Under the pieces are notes generated by a model. The model saw nothing but the letters and a program-made list of their open reading frames with translations, did no database searches and was not told the origin of the DNA. Positions 17,402 through 25,762 of a stretch of 58,001 nucleotides of DNA are shown here, in pieces (position 1 is the stretch's first letter; each line of letters begins with the position of its first letter). Source of the stretch: an uncultured Acidimicrobiaceae bacterium (GTDB lineage Bacteria; Actinomycetota; Acidimicrobiia; Acidimicrobiales; SZUA-35). The stretch is taken from NCBI GenBank assembly GCA_964609665.1, contig CAZSTV010000003.1:26219-84219 (forward strand), in the 5' to 3' direction. A program made the translations under genes and the position numbers.

Positions 17402-18633
17402 ATTCAGTTTCCAGCAATCGCAAGGGTCTGCACGCCCTCCTCGTCGTCGAGAACGCCCCGGTCCCCCACGACCGGCGGGTCTGGAATGAGGCCCGGGCAC
17501 TGGTCGACGACGGCTACGACGTGACGATCATCTCCCCGGCCGACAGTCGGGCCAAGGAGAGCCCCCGTTTCGAGCAATTGGACGGCGTGGACATCTATCG
17601 CTTCCGGATGCCCTTCGGCGGCGCCCGCAAGACGGACTTCCTGCTCGAATACTCCTGGGCCGCGCTCGCCATCCACTTTCTGGCGCTGCGAATCTTCATC
17701 AAGCACCGCTTCCACATCATCCACGTTGCCAACCCACCGGACATTTTCTTCGGCCTCAAGTGGCTGTTCGGTCTGGCCGGGGTCAAGTTCATCTTCGACC
17801 AGCACGACCTCGGTCCGGAGACCTATCAAAGCAAGTTCGATGACAACCGGGTCGATGCGCTGTGGCGGGTCCTGGCCTGGTTGGAGCGACGCACGTATCG
17901 GGCCTCCGATGCGGTGATCGTCACCAACGAGTCCTACAAGGCCCGAGCCCTGGGGCGGGGCAGCGTCCCGCCGGAGGAAGTCTTTGTTGTTCGCAACAGC
18001 CCGGACCCGGCGCTCTTCCAACCGCGTCCGGCAAAGCCTGAGCTCAAGGACGGGTATGAGCACATGGTGGTGTTCGTCGGGTCGATGGGGTTCCAGGACG
18101 GCGTCCAGATCCTGATCGACGCGGCCCATCATATGCGCGAGAAGCGCCAGCGCACCGACGTGCTGTTCATCCTGGTCGGCACCGGAGATGTCTGGGACCA
18201 ACTCCAGGAGCAGCATGAACGGCTCGGTCTCGGCGATGGCGTGCGGTTTACCGGCTTCATCTCCGACGACGACATGCTCGACTACCTCGCAACCGCAGAC
18301 CTTGGCGCAGCGCCGGACATCGACAATCCACTCAACGACATCTCGACCATGATCAAGACCATGGACTACATGGCGATGGGCGTGCCGGTGGTCAGCTTTG
18401 ACCTGACCGAGTCTCGCGCCTCGGCCGCGGACGCTGCGATCTACGTTGCCGATCACACTGCCGAGGCCTACGGCGACGCCGTAATCGAACTGCTCGATGA
18501 CCCGGAACGCCGCGAGACCATGGCGGCCTATGGGCAGGAGCGGATCAACGGACCGCTCTCATGGTCCCGGAGTGCGCTGCAGCTGACAGCGGCGTACGAC
18601 GAGGCCCTCGGTCTTAGGCCCAAGGGTCACTGA
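17395..18633 (+). CDS. GT4-family glycosyltransferase (GT-B fold)
   Basis: 412 aa. N-terminal GT4 domain (LLVVENAPVPHDRRVWNEARALVDDGYDVTIISP) and C-terminal Glycos_transf_1-type region (VVFVGSMGFQDGV...FTGFISDDDM). Start is the GTG at 17395 or 17398, overlapping the upstream stop (17399-17401). Confidence 0.8.
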   Translation: MVNSVSSNRKGLHALLVVENAPVPHDRRVWNEARALVDDGYDVTIISPADSRAKESPRFEQLDGVDIYRFRMPFGGARKTDFLLEYSWAALAIHFLALRIFIKHRFHIIHVANPPDIFFGLKWLFGLAGVKFIFDQHDLGPETYQSKFDDNRVDALWRVLAWLERRTYRASDAVIVTNESYKARALGRGSVPPEEVFVVRNSPDPALFQPRPAKPELKDGYEHMVVFVGSMGFQDGVQILIDAAHHMREKRQRTDVLFILVGTGDVWDQLQEQHERLGLGDGVRFTGFISDDDMLDYLATADLGAAPDIDNPLNDISTMIKTMDYMAMGVPVVSFDLTESRASAADAAIYVADHTAEAYGDAVIELLDDPERRETMAAYGQERINGPLSWSRSALQLTAAYDEALGLRPKGH

Positions 18634-18638
18634 TCGCA

Positions 18639-20318
18639 TTGACGAGCGGTGCCGGGCGACGGCCTGTAAGCAGAACCGCTGCAGTCGCCGTTGCCATCGC
18701 GTTGGTGGCCGCGGCGTGCGGTGGGGCTGACAGCGACAGCCAAGATGCGCCATCTGCCGAAGGCCCGACAACCACAGCCGCTGTCGGGTTCGGCGCGGCC
18801 GGAGACGACACGTCGGCCGCGGACCAGGACGAGGTTGGCGATGCCGCTGGAACCGGCGACGGCTCCAACGACGAGCAGCCACAGGTTGATGCCCCGGCCG
18901 ACCGACCGGAGATTGACGCCGCAACCCTGCTGGTCGGCGGCTGGTCCGCCGCGGGCACGGACTACCCGACCGGCGAAGAGGCGGCCACCATCTCCATCCT
19001 GGACTTCGGTGCGGTACCGGACGACGGACGCTCCGACTCAGCAGCGTTGGCCAGGGCGGTCGCAAGCAGTGGCGCCGACCCCGACCGGCCGACGGTGGTC
19101 GCGGTACCTGCCGGCAGGTTCATCCTCACCGATGAGTTGCGGCTGCGCAGCAGCACGGTGCTCCGCGGCGAGGGCCCGGACAGCACGCTGGTCATCGACT
19201 TTGCCAACGCCGACGGGCCGGGCATCACCGCCACCGGCACGGCGGCTGGAGACTGGATGGTGATCCAGTCCGACGTCGCCGTTGGCGCCACCGTCATCCA
19301 GGTGTCGGGGGCGGCTCGACTCCGCCCCGGCCAGCTGGTCGAAATCGAGCAGCGAACCAACCCCGAGGAGATCTACACCCGTGAGGAGTGGCGGGTCGAC
19401 TGGGACGCCGGATCCATCGGAGAACTCAACCGGGTTGTCAGCATCGATGGGTCATCGGTGGAGTTGGCCTCGCCGCTCAACGGGTCCTACCGGTCATCGC
19501 TGACCGCTGCGGTCCGACCGATCAATCCCGTCCAGGGGATCGGCATCGAAAACCTCACGATCACCCGGGCCGACGAGGGCTATGGCAACACCATCGCCTT
19601 CACCTTCGCCACCGACATCTGGCTGGATGGGGTGGAGAGCACTCGAACCTCGCGGGCCCACATCGGGATGAGCCAGATCTACCGGTGCCGGGTCAGCAAC
19701 TCCATCTTCCACGATGCAACCGACTTTGGAGACGGCGGCAGAGCCTACGGCATCAGCCTCGCCCGTCACGTCACCGGGTGCCTTGTCACCGACAACACCC
19801 TGTACGACCTCCGCCATGCCATCATCATTCAACTTGGGGCGAGCGGAAACGTCATCGCCTACAACGACGCCCGCGGCTCGGCCGGGTATGCGGACCGTCA
19901 GCCGCGAGCGGATCTGTCCCTCCACGGTCACTGGCCTCAGGCAAACCTGTTCGAGGGCAACGTGTTTGATCGGGTGGTGTTCGCCGACTGGTGGGGTCCG
20001 TCCGGCCCGGCCAACACCCTCTTTCGGAACTGTGTCCTCGACCACGTCCTGGTGGCCGACGCCTCGAACGACCAGGTGGTGGCGGGCAACCTGATCGGGC
20101 CCGGTGGTCTTGGCCTGGAGCTTGGCATCACCGGTACCACGCTCGCCGCCAATCGGACCAGCGGCGACAACACCCCGGTCGACGCGTCGGGCCTTCCGGA
20201 ATCGCTCGTCGCCGCTTCCGGCTTGGCCGTCGCGGACGGGCGCACGCCCATCGACCCGGCCCAGGGTTTCGCGGGTTGTCGCATCCCCGCATCGGAGCGC
20301 TCCCCCTTCGTCGATTGA
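18639..20318 (+). CDS. Secreted (probable lipoprotein) right-handed beta-helix protein, pectate-lyase-3 / tailspike-like putative polysaccharide depolymerase
   Basis: TTG start 5 bp after the GT4 stop. Signal-like N-terminus RRPVSRTAAVAVAIALVAAAC followed by an acidic/low-complexity linker. ISILDFGAVPDDGRSDSAALARAV is the hallmark Pectate_lyase_3 N-terminus. Beta-helix repeats present (DGGRAYGISLARHVTGCLVTDNTLYDLRHAIIIQLGASGNVIAYN). Confidence 0.65.
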   Translation: MTSGAGRRPVSRTAAVAVAIALVAAACGGADSDSQDAPSAEGPTTTAAVGFGAAGDDTSAADQDEVGDAAGTGDGSNDEQPQVDAPADRPEIDAATLLVGGWSAAGTDYPTGEEAATISILDFGAVPDDGRSDSAALARAVASSGADPDRPTVVAVPAGRFILTDELRLRSSTVLRGEGPDSTLVIDFANADGPGITATGTAAGDWMVIQSDVAVGATVIQVSGAARLRPGQLVEIEQRTNPEEIYTREEWRVDWDAGSIGELNRVVSIDGSSVELASPLNGSYRSSLTAAVRPINPVQGIGIENLTITRADEGYGNTIAFTFATDIWLDGVESTRTSRAHIGMSQIYRCRVSNSIFHDATDFGDGGRAYGISLARHVTGCLVTDNTLYDLRHAIIIQLGASGNVIAYNDARGSAGYADRQPRADLSLHGHWPQANLFEGNVFDRVVFADWWGPSGPANTLFRNCVLDHVLVADASNDQVVAGNLIGPGGLGLELGITGTTLAANRTSGDNTPVDASGLPESLVAASGLAVADGRTPIDPAQGFAGCRIPASERSPFVD

Positions 20319-20516
20319 CGAAATCGCGGCGTTTGCCCTAAAGGCCTAGGCGGGAGGAGCGCTGCGAGGAGTTCTCCTCAGGTGCTTGGATCAGGCGACC
20401 TTTAGAATAAACCGGACGGGCCGTATCCTGGCGGGGATTCGACACGCTTGTTAGGTCGAGGTTACCTATATCCCTTCGCGGCAAGATTCGCGTTGGGGGT
20501 TCAGCGAGGAGAAGAT

Positions 20517-22430
20517 ATGGGCGGCGCCGTGCGTGCTGGCTTGCGGAGAACAGAGCTGCTTCGGGTCGTGGAGGCCGCGAAGGCTGGCGACAAACAGGCC
20601 ACGAACGAGCTGATCAGCTACTGCCTTCCCCAGGTGGAGTCCTATGTGGCAAACCGTGGAGCCGCTCATCCGGAAGCACTGGCCAATCTGGTCATGGCGG
20701 AGTTCGTGCGGAGCCTTGGCCGGCTGGAGTTCCGCAGCCCGGGCCAGGTATGGAGCTACATATATCAGGTGTCGCGCAGTCGCCTGGTAGACGAACGACG
20801 CAAGGTAAAGCTCGAGACGGCGACGGACGCTATTGAAGGTGTCGACGGGCGCAGTAGCGACTTCGACAACCACGTCGTCGACGAGATGTGGGTCACCGAC
20901 TTACTGTCAGGCCTGACCGAAGATCAGCGACAGGTTGTCGAGCTTCGGTTCAAGGACGACCTCACGCTGGAAGAAACAGCGCGACGGGTCGGTAAGACAC
21001 TTACCGCCGTCAAAGGTCTGCAGCGGCGAGCGCTGGCAACCTTGGCCGCGGTGGCAGCAATCATCGCCATTATCTGGACTGTCGACGCCGCCGATGTGCG
21101 GGTCCTGTCCGCAGACCCCGCCGAATCCAACAACTCGACGCCGGCCCCCGGCCCCAGCGGCCTCGGACCCTCTGCAATCGACCGGGCGCGGGCCATGACC
21201 GATGGCAACGCAAGCTCGTTGTACGCGGCCACAATTGAAGCGAACCCACCCGTCGTCACCCAGGACACGGCGGGCACACCGATGTCAGGGCCCGGTGGCC
21301 CCACCGGCGGGGAACCCGGACCGGCAAGCTCAACTACAACAGTCCCGGAGAACGCCACGTCGACCACCGTGCCATCAACGGTGCCAGCGGAGAACCCGGT
21401 CGCCGACGTCCCCACCACGACGATTCCCCCTAGCGGAAGTGACGGGTCAAACGGAGCCGACGGACCCAGCGGCGAGACCGGAACGGTGCCCACCGTCCCA
21501 CCGGAAACGGTCCCCGCCGTTGCGGTGAATGACGTTGCCAGCATTGCCTACATTCCGCGAACCCTGATCTCGATCGACATCGACGTCCTAGCGAACGACG
21601 TCGAGCCGTACTACCCGCTGTCGCTACGGGTCGTCTCCCACCCACAGAACGGATTCGTCGACCTGATCAGCGGCGGCGAGCGTCCCGTGATTCGCTTCTA
21701 CCCCGACGCGGCCGGTGACAGCTTCTTTGAATATGAGGTATGCAGCCCGACGGGTTGCCACAAAGCCGTGGTCAACACATCAACGTATTGGTACGGCGAT
21801 CCCTGTCGGGGCCTGGTCCCGACCATCGTCGGCACCGCTGGTAACGATCTCCTCACGGGCACGACAGGACCGGACATCATCTTCGGCCTTGGGGGCGATG
21901 ACGTCATCGTCGGCGGCGACGGCGACGACATCATCTGCGGTGGTGAAGGACATGACACGATCAGCGGAGACCCCGGATCCGACATTCTCTCAGGCGGCCC
22001 CGGCGAAGACGACATTCGCGGCGGCAAGGGCGACGACTTGATCTTCGGTGGCCAAGGAGTCGACTTCCTCGATGGCAACAATGGATCGGACTACCTCTAC
22101 GGAGGTGACGATGCCGATGACATCAGCGGTGGCATGGAGCGAGACATTATCTATGGCGAGGCCGGCAATGACGTGATCAACGGCAACGACCGGAGCGATC
22201 TGCTGTTCGGCGGCATCGGTAATGACCGTCTCATCGGTGAAGGGTCATCGGACCTGATGCACGGTGGGCTTGGTAGCGACTACCTACAGACCGGGCCGGG
22301 GCTTGACCGAATCGTCGACGTTGAGCCTCACGACCGTCTGTTGGTCGATGCAGAGGACAGCATCGAAGGCTGGGTTGGCCCCGAGGGGTGCAACCTTAAC
22401 TTCGGTGTCGAAACGGTCTGTCGACCGTAG
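20517..22430 (+). CDS. Membrane-tethered ECF-type sigma-70 factor fused to a TM helix, Pro/Thr-rich spacer, cadherin/VCBS-like domain and RTX (hemolysin-type Ca-binding) repeats
   Basis: Trimmed to ATG 20517, with an AGGAG about 7 bp upstream. Sigma region 2-like (ELISYCLPQVESYV...WSYIYQVSRSRLVDERRK) and region 4 HTH (TEDQRQVVELRFKDDLTLEETARRVGKTLTAVKGLQRRA). These are followed directly by TM AAVAAIIAIIWTV. Then VAVNDVASIAY...LANDVEP...FFEYEV and at least 10 GGxGxD nonapeptides (GGDGDDIICGGEGHDTISGDPGSDILSGGPGEDDIRGGKGDDLIFGGQGVD...). Confidence 0.7.
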   Translation: MGGAVRAGLRRTELLRVVEAAKAGDKQATNELISYCLPQVESYVANRGAAHPEALANLVMAEFVRSLGRLEFRSPGQVWSYIYQVSRSRLVDERRKVKLETATDAIEGVDGRSSDFDNHVVDEMWVTDLLSGLTEDQRQVVELRFKDDLTLEETARRVGKTLTAVKGLQRRALATLAAVAAIIAIIWTVDAADVRVLSADPAESNNSTPAPGPSGLGPSAIDRARAMTDGNASSLYAATIEANPPVVTQDTAGTPMSGPGGPTGGEPGPASSTTTVPENATSTTVPSTVPAENPVADVPTTTIPPSGSDGSNGADGPSGETGTVPTVPPETVPAVAVNDVASIAYIPRTLISIDIDVLANDVEPYYPLSLRVVSHPQNGFVDLISGGERPVIRFYPDAAGDSFFEYEVCSPTGCHKAVVNTSTYWYGDPCRGLVPTIVGTAGNDLLTGTTGPDIIFGLGGDDVIVGGDGDDIICGGEGHDTISGDPGSDILSGGPGEDDIRGGKGDDLIFGGQGVDFLDGNNGSDYLYGGDDADDISGGMERDIIYGEAGNDVINGNDRSDLLFGGIGNDRLIGEGSSDLMHGGLGSDYLQTGPGLDRIVDVEPHDRLLVDAEDSIEGWVGPEGCNLNFGVETVCRP

Positions 22431-22519
22431 CCAACCGAGCGGGCCATACAAAGACTGGTGCGGACTGGTGCGGTTCTGTATAAACGCGCCCAGGTGAGCG
22501 CCACTGACTAGATTCAGAG

Positions 22520-23215
22520 GTGTCAACCGCCGCAAAGGAACACATGGCTATCGCCCGCAATGCCAGCACCGAAACCTCCCGGAAGGACGCGGTAGTCACC
22601 AGCGATGATGGGACGAAGGCTACCGGAAAACTGAGCGTCGTCGGAACTGACCAGGTCACGGTGGCATTCCCAATGGACGGGTCAGAGCCAACGGGTTCAC
22701 GGTTCATCGGCGACGTCACTCTGGTCTCGTTGGCCAACAGCGAGACCGAGTTCGAGGCGGAGATTCTGTCGACGTCGCTCATGGGCTACGTGGAGGTGTG
22801 TCAGCTCCGGGTGGTGAAACATGTCGCCGGGCCGCCGCTCGGCCAGCGGGCAGAACGCCGCAGCTCAGCCAGGCATCGACCACCGCGACCGATGCCGGTC
22901 ACCGTTGAGGCCATCACCGACAATCTGAGGCCTGGCCACTCCGAGCCGAGCGTGACGGGGAGAATCGGCGACCTTTCCACCGGCGGCTGCGGCGTTGAGA
23001 TGACCAAGGCCGACTATCGGGCGCTCGGCTCCATAACCAAGGCCACGGTGTCGTTCAGCGTGCCAACAAACGACCGACCGCTCCGACTACAGGTCGACAG
23101 ACGCAACACTCGATCGGGCGGGGTCAACATGATTCTCATGGGCCTGAGCTGGGCCTCGATCCCGAGTAACAGCGAGGGCCGCAAAGCGGTGTCGGAGTAC
23201 CTCTCCTCGTTCTGA
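22520..23215 (+). CDS. PilZ-domain (c-di-GMP-binding) protein, YcgR-like two-domain layout
   Basis: The PilZ motif pair RRSSAR (RxxxR) and DLSTGG (DxSxxG) are 32 residues apart (22856-22987). The start may instead be the ATG at 22544. Confidence 0.6.
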   Translation: MSTAAKEHMAIARNASTETSRKDAVVTSDDGTKATGKLSVVGTDQVTVAFPMDGSEPTGSRFIGDVTLVSLANSETEFEAEILSTSLMGYVEVCQLRVVKHVAGPPLGQRAERRSSARHRPPRPMPVTVEAITDNLRPGHSEPSVTGRIGDLSTGGCGVEMTKADYRALGSITKATVSFSVPTNDRPLRLQVDRRNTRSGGVNMILMGLSWASIPSNSEGRKAVSEYLSSF

Positions 23216-23226
23216 GGCCGGCCAGG

Positions 23227-23811
23227 TCAAACAGCAGCGATGAGTACGCCGCTATCACGCATTTCCGCTAACGCCGCTTCGGTTGACTCCGGCGCCACCC
23301 CGGCACACATCGAAGTGAGCAGTCGCACCGCGTAACCGTTCTGCACCCCGTCAAGGGCGGTGGCCCTGTCGCAATAGTCGGTAGCGATCCCAACGACATC
23401 AAGGCGGGAAATGCCACTGAGTCGCAGCACCTCGTCCAGCGTTCGACCTTGATCGTCCATGCCTTCGAAGCCGCTGTACGCAGCATCGGTCTCGCCCTTT
23501 GAGACCACGGTGTCAACGGTGTCCAAAAAGTTGGTTGCGTTGTCCAGGTTCCGATGGAACTCTGCGCCGTGCGTACCAGCGACGCAGTGTTGGGGCCAGC
23601 TGTCAACGAAGTCCGGCGTGTCGGAAAAGTGGGAGCCGGGGTCTTTGTGCCAGTCCCGGGTGGCAACGATCAGGTCGTACTCGTCTCCGGTGGAGCTCAG
23701 ATAGGAGGAGATCGTGTCTGCAACGGCGGCGCCGCCGTCCCCTCCCAAGGACCCACCTTCGCAGAAGTCATTCTGCACATCGACAATGACAAGAGCGGTG
23801 TTCGGCTTCAT
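23227..23811 (-). CDS. pncA: Nicotinamidase/pyrazinamidase (isochorismatase family)
   Basis: Trimmed to MKPNTALVIVDVQNDFCEGGSL.... ATRDWH and the metal-binding H..C region (WPQHCVAGTHGAEFH) are typical PncA features. Confidence 0.8.
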   Translation of the reverse strand: MKPNTALVIVDVQNDFCEGGSLGGDGGAAVADTISSYLSSTGDEYDLIVATRDWHKDPGSHFSDTPDFVDSWPQHCVAGTHGAEFHRNLDNATNFLDTVDTVVSKGETDAAYSGFEGMDDQGRTLDEVLRLSGISRLDVVGIATDYCDRATALDGVQNGYAVRLLTSMCAGVAPESTEAALAEMRDSGVLIAAV

Positions 23812-23892
23812 GTGAACCTCGGATCTTCCGGAGTCTGCTGCATCAAGCATTGCGCGGTTGCGGGCGAAATACGAAGCGGATTGACGTGACTT

Positions 23893-25674
23893 CTACCTCA
23901 GGTCTCCCTGGCTGAAGACGAAACCTTCGTAGTTGCTCGCTGCGCACTGGCGGAGGCGCTCGAGGTAGGCATCGCTGTTTGGGTAGTTCAGCAACTGACG
24001 CTTCTTGCCCGGCACGTTGGCCGCCATGTACCACGAGTCCGCTTTGCCAAACAGAGAGCCGTCGGCCAGCGTTGCCAGATGCTCGGTCCACGCCACCCCG
24101 CTTTCGGGTGTGGAGTCCAGCCTGGTGTAGCCGTGCTCGCCCATCCACTTCAGCAGATCGACGGTCCACTCTCCCTGGAGCTCCGCGCAGACCGGGCCGT
24201 TGCAGAACGCTGTCGAGCTCTGCGGACCGTAGAGAAACAGCAGGTTCGGGAACCCCGAGACCGCCATCCCCAGATGGGTGTCGACGCCGTCCGCCCACGT
24301 CTCGGCCAACGTCGGGCCGTGGAGGCCACGCATGTCGATTGCGGTGAGTCCACCGGTATTGGCATCAAACCCCGTAGCCAAGATGAGCACGTCGAGTTCG
24401 AACAGCGCGTCGCTGGTCCGCACACCCGACGGCTCGATCGAGGCGATCGGGGTGGCCTTCAGGTCGACCAGCTCCACGTTGTCCTGGTTGAAGCAGTCGT
24501 AGTAGTTCTGCTCCAGCGACGGACGCTTTGTACCGAACGGATACGGCGGGTCGGTCGGGGCCAGCACCGCGGCCACCGACGGGTCGGCAACGCGGGCCCG
24601 AGTGTTGTCCCGCCAGAAGTCGTATGCAGTTCTATTGGCGGCCTCGTTCGTCAGGATGTCTTTGAAGGTGCCAACCCAGAAGTTCAAGCCGCCCTTCTGC
24701 CACGCAGCGTCGAACACCTTGACCCGTTCCTCGTCTGACACCTCCAGCGCAGACAGATCAACCCGATGTATGTCGGCAAAACTGCCAGGGGGCGAATTCC
24801 GCTTGGCAAACATCTCCGGGTAGCCGGCCTTTGCGGCGGCCTGCTCGTCAGGGTCGAGCCGCTGTTGCTGCATTGGCAGCGCCGTCACCGGCGAACGCTG
24901 GAAGACGAAGAGATGCTCGGCCTCAGCCGCAACCTCCTGGACTACCTGCACCCCGCTTGCGCCGGTGCCGAGCACCCCGACCCGTTTCCCCTCGAAGGAA
25001 ATCCCTTCTTCGGGCCAACGGGCGGTGTGATGACAGATGCCTTCGAAGTCCGACAGACCGGGCAGCTCCGGCACGTACGGCTGCGAGCCGAACCCGGTGC
25101 ACATGACCAGATACCGGGCCGTGTAGGTGGCGCCATTCTCGGCGTCGAGCTGCCAGACGTCTCGCTCGGGGTCGAAGTTGGCAGAGGAGATCCGAGTGTT
25201 CAGGTCAACATCGCGGCTCAGGTCCAGCACGCTGTCGACGTGGTCAAAGTACCGAACCAACTCTTCACGGCCGGGGAAACGTTCGGTCCAGATCCAATCT
25301 CGCCACGCCGCTTCCAGCGAGTACTCATAGTTTGGGACATGCGAGTCGACCCTGGCGCCCGGATAGCGATTGGCCTGCCAGACCCCACCGAGGCCAGACC
25401 CGGCTTCGACGAGGCGAACCTTGAAGCCCTCCTGGCGGAGCCGGTAGAGCTGGTACAGCCCGTTGAAACCGGCGCCGACGATCAGCACGTCGAACCCGTC
25501 ATCCAGTCCGGCAGCAACTGGGGTATCGCCAGAGCCCGTCGTCACCGGTCCGTTTCCGGTCGACCCGTTCCCGGTGGACTCGTTCCCCGTCGACCCGTTC
25601 CCTGTCATGAGCTTTTGTTTCCAGTCACCGTTCTCTCCGGTAGCGAGTTTCCCGTTCAGGATGGCAGCGGTCAA
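23893..25674 (-). CDS. Baeyer-Villiger / flavin-containing monooxygenase (type I BVMO)
   Basis: FAD GxGxxG (VLIVGAGFNG), BVMO fingerprint FxGxxxHxxxW (FEGICHHTARWP) and a second Rossmann motif (VGVLGTGASG). The start is uncertain: 25674, or the ATG at 25608 (MTGNGSTG...). Confidence 0.8.
   Translation of the reverse strand: MTAAILNGKLATGENGDWKQKLMTGNGSTGNESTGNGSTGNGPVTTGSGDTPVAAGLDDGFDVLIVGAGFNGLYQLYRLRQEGFKVRLVEAGSGLGGVWQANRYPGARVDSHVPNYEYSLEAAWRDWIWTERFPGREELVRYFDHVDSVLDLSRDVDLNTRISSANFDPERDVWQLDAENGATYTARYLVMCTGFGSQPYVPELPGLSDFEGICHHTARWPEEGISFEGKRVGVLGTGASGVQVVQEVAAEAEHLFVFQRSPVTALPMQQQRLDPDEQAAAKAGYPEMFAKRNSPPGSFADIHRVDLSALEVSDEERVKVFDAAWQKGGLNFWVGTFKDILTNEAANRTAYDFWRDNTRARVADPSVAAVLAPTDPPYPFGTKRPSLEQNYYDCFNQDNVELVDLKATPIASIEPSGVRTSDALFELDVLILATGFDANTGGLTAIDMRGLHGPTLAETWADGVDTHLGMAVSGFPNLLFLYGPQSSTAFCNGPVCAELQGEWTVDLLKWMGEHGYTRLDSTPESGVAWTEHLATLADGSLFGKADSWYMAANVPGKKRQLLNYPNSDAYLERLRQCAASNYEGFVFSQGDLR
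25549..25608. repeat. About 4 imperfect 15-bp tandem repeats encoding (G-N-G/E-S-T)n at the BVMO N-terminus
   Basis: The plus strand reads ccgtttccggtcga / cccgttcccggtgga / ctcgttccccgtcga / cccgttccctgtcat. On the minus strand this encodes MTGNGSTGNESTGNGSTGNGP. Confidence 0.7.
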
Positions 25675-25762
25675 ACCGACCCTGCTTTACTGGATCGCCA
25701 GGGGCAACGGAGCCACCGGGGCGACATTCGTCGCTGACAATCGGACCCTCCAGGAGACCAGA

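Noticed and set aside
17404-18456. 350-aa minus-strand ORF
   Set aside because: It is antisense to the GT4 glycosyltransferase and has no motifs.
20433-20443. GGGGATTCGAC string reminiscent of a tmRNA 5' end or tRNA T-arm
   Set aside because: The intergenic region is only ~200 bp. It has no acceptor-stem complement, no tag reading frame and no GGTTCGAATCC-type T-loop. I consider it coincidental. No tRNA, tmRNA or rRNA is called anywhere in the window.
20319-20516. Attempted promoter call upstream of the sigma-RTX gene (TTGTTA ... TATATC)
   Set aside because: The spacing between the candidate -35 and -10 hexamers is about 13 nt, which is too short. No convincing ECF-type GGAAC/CGT pair was found either.
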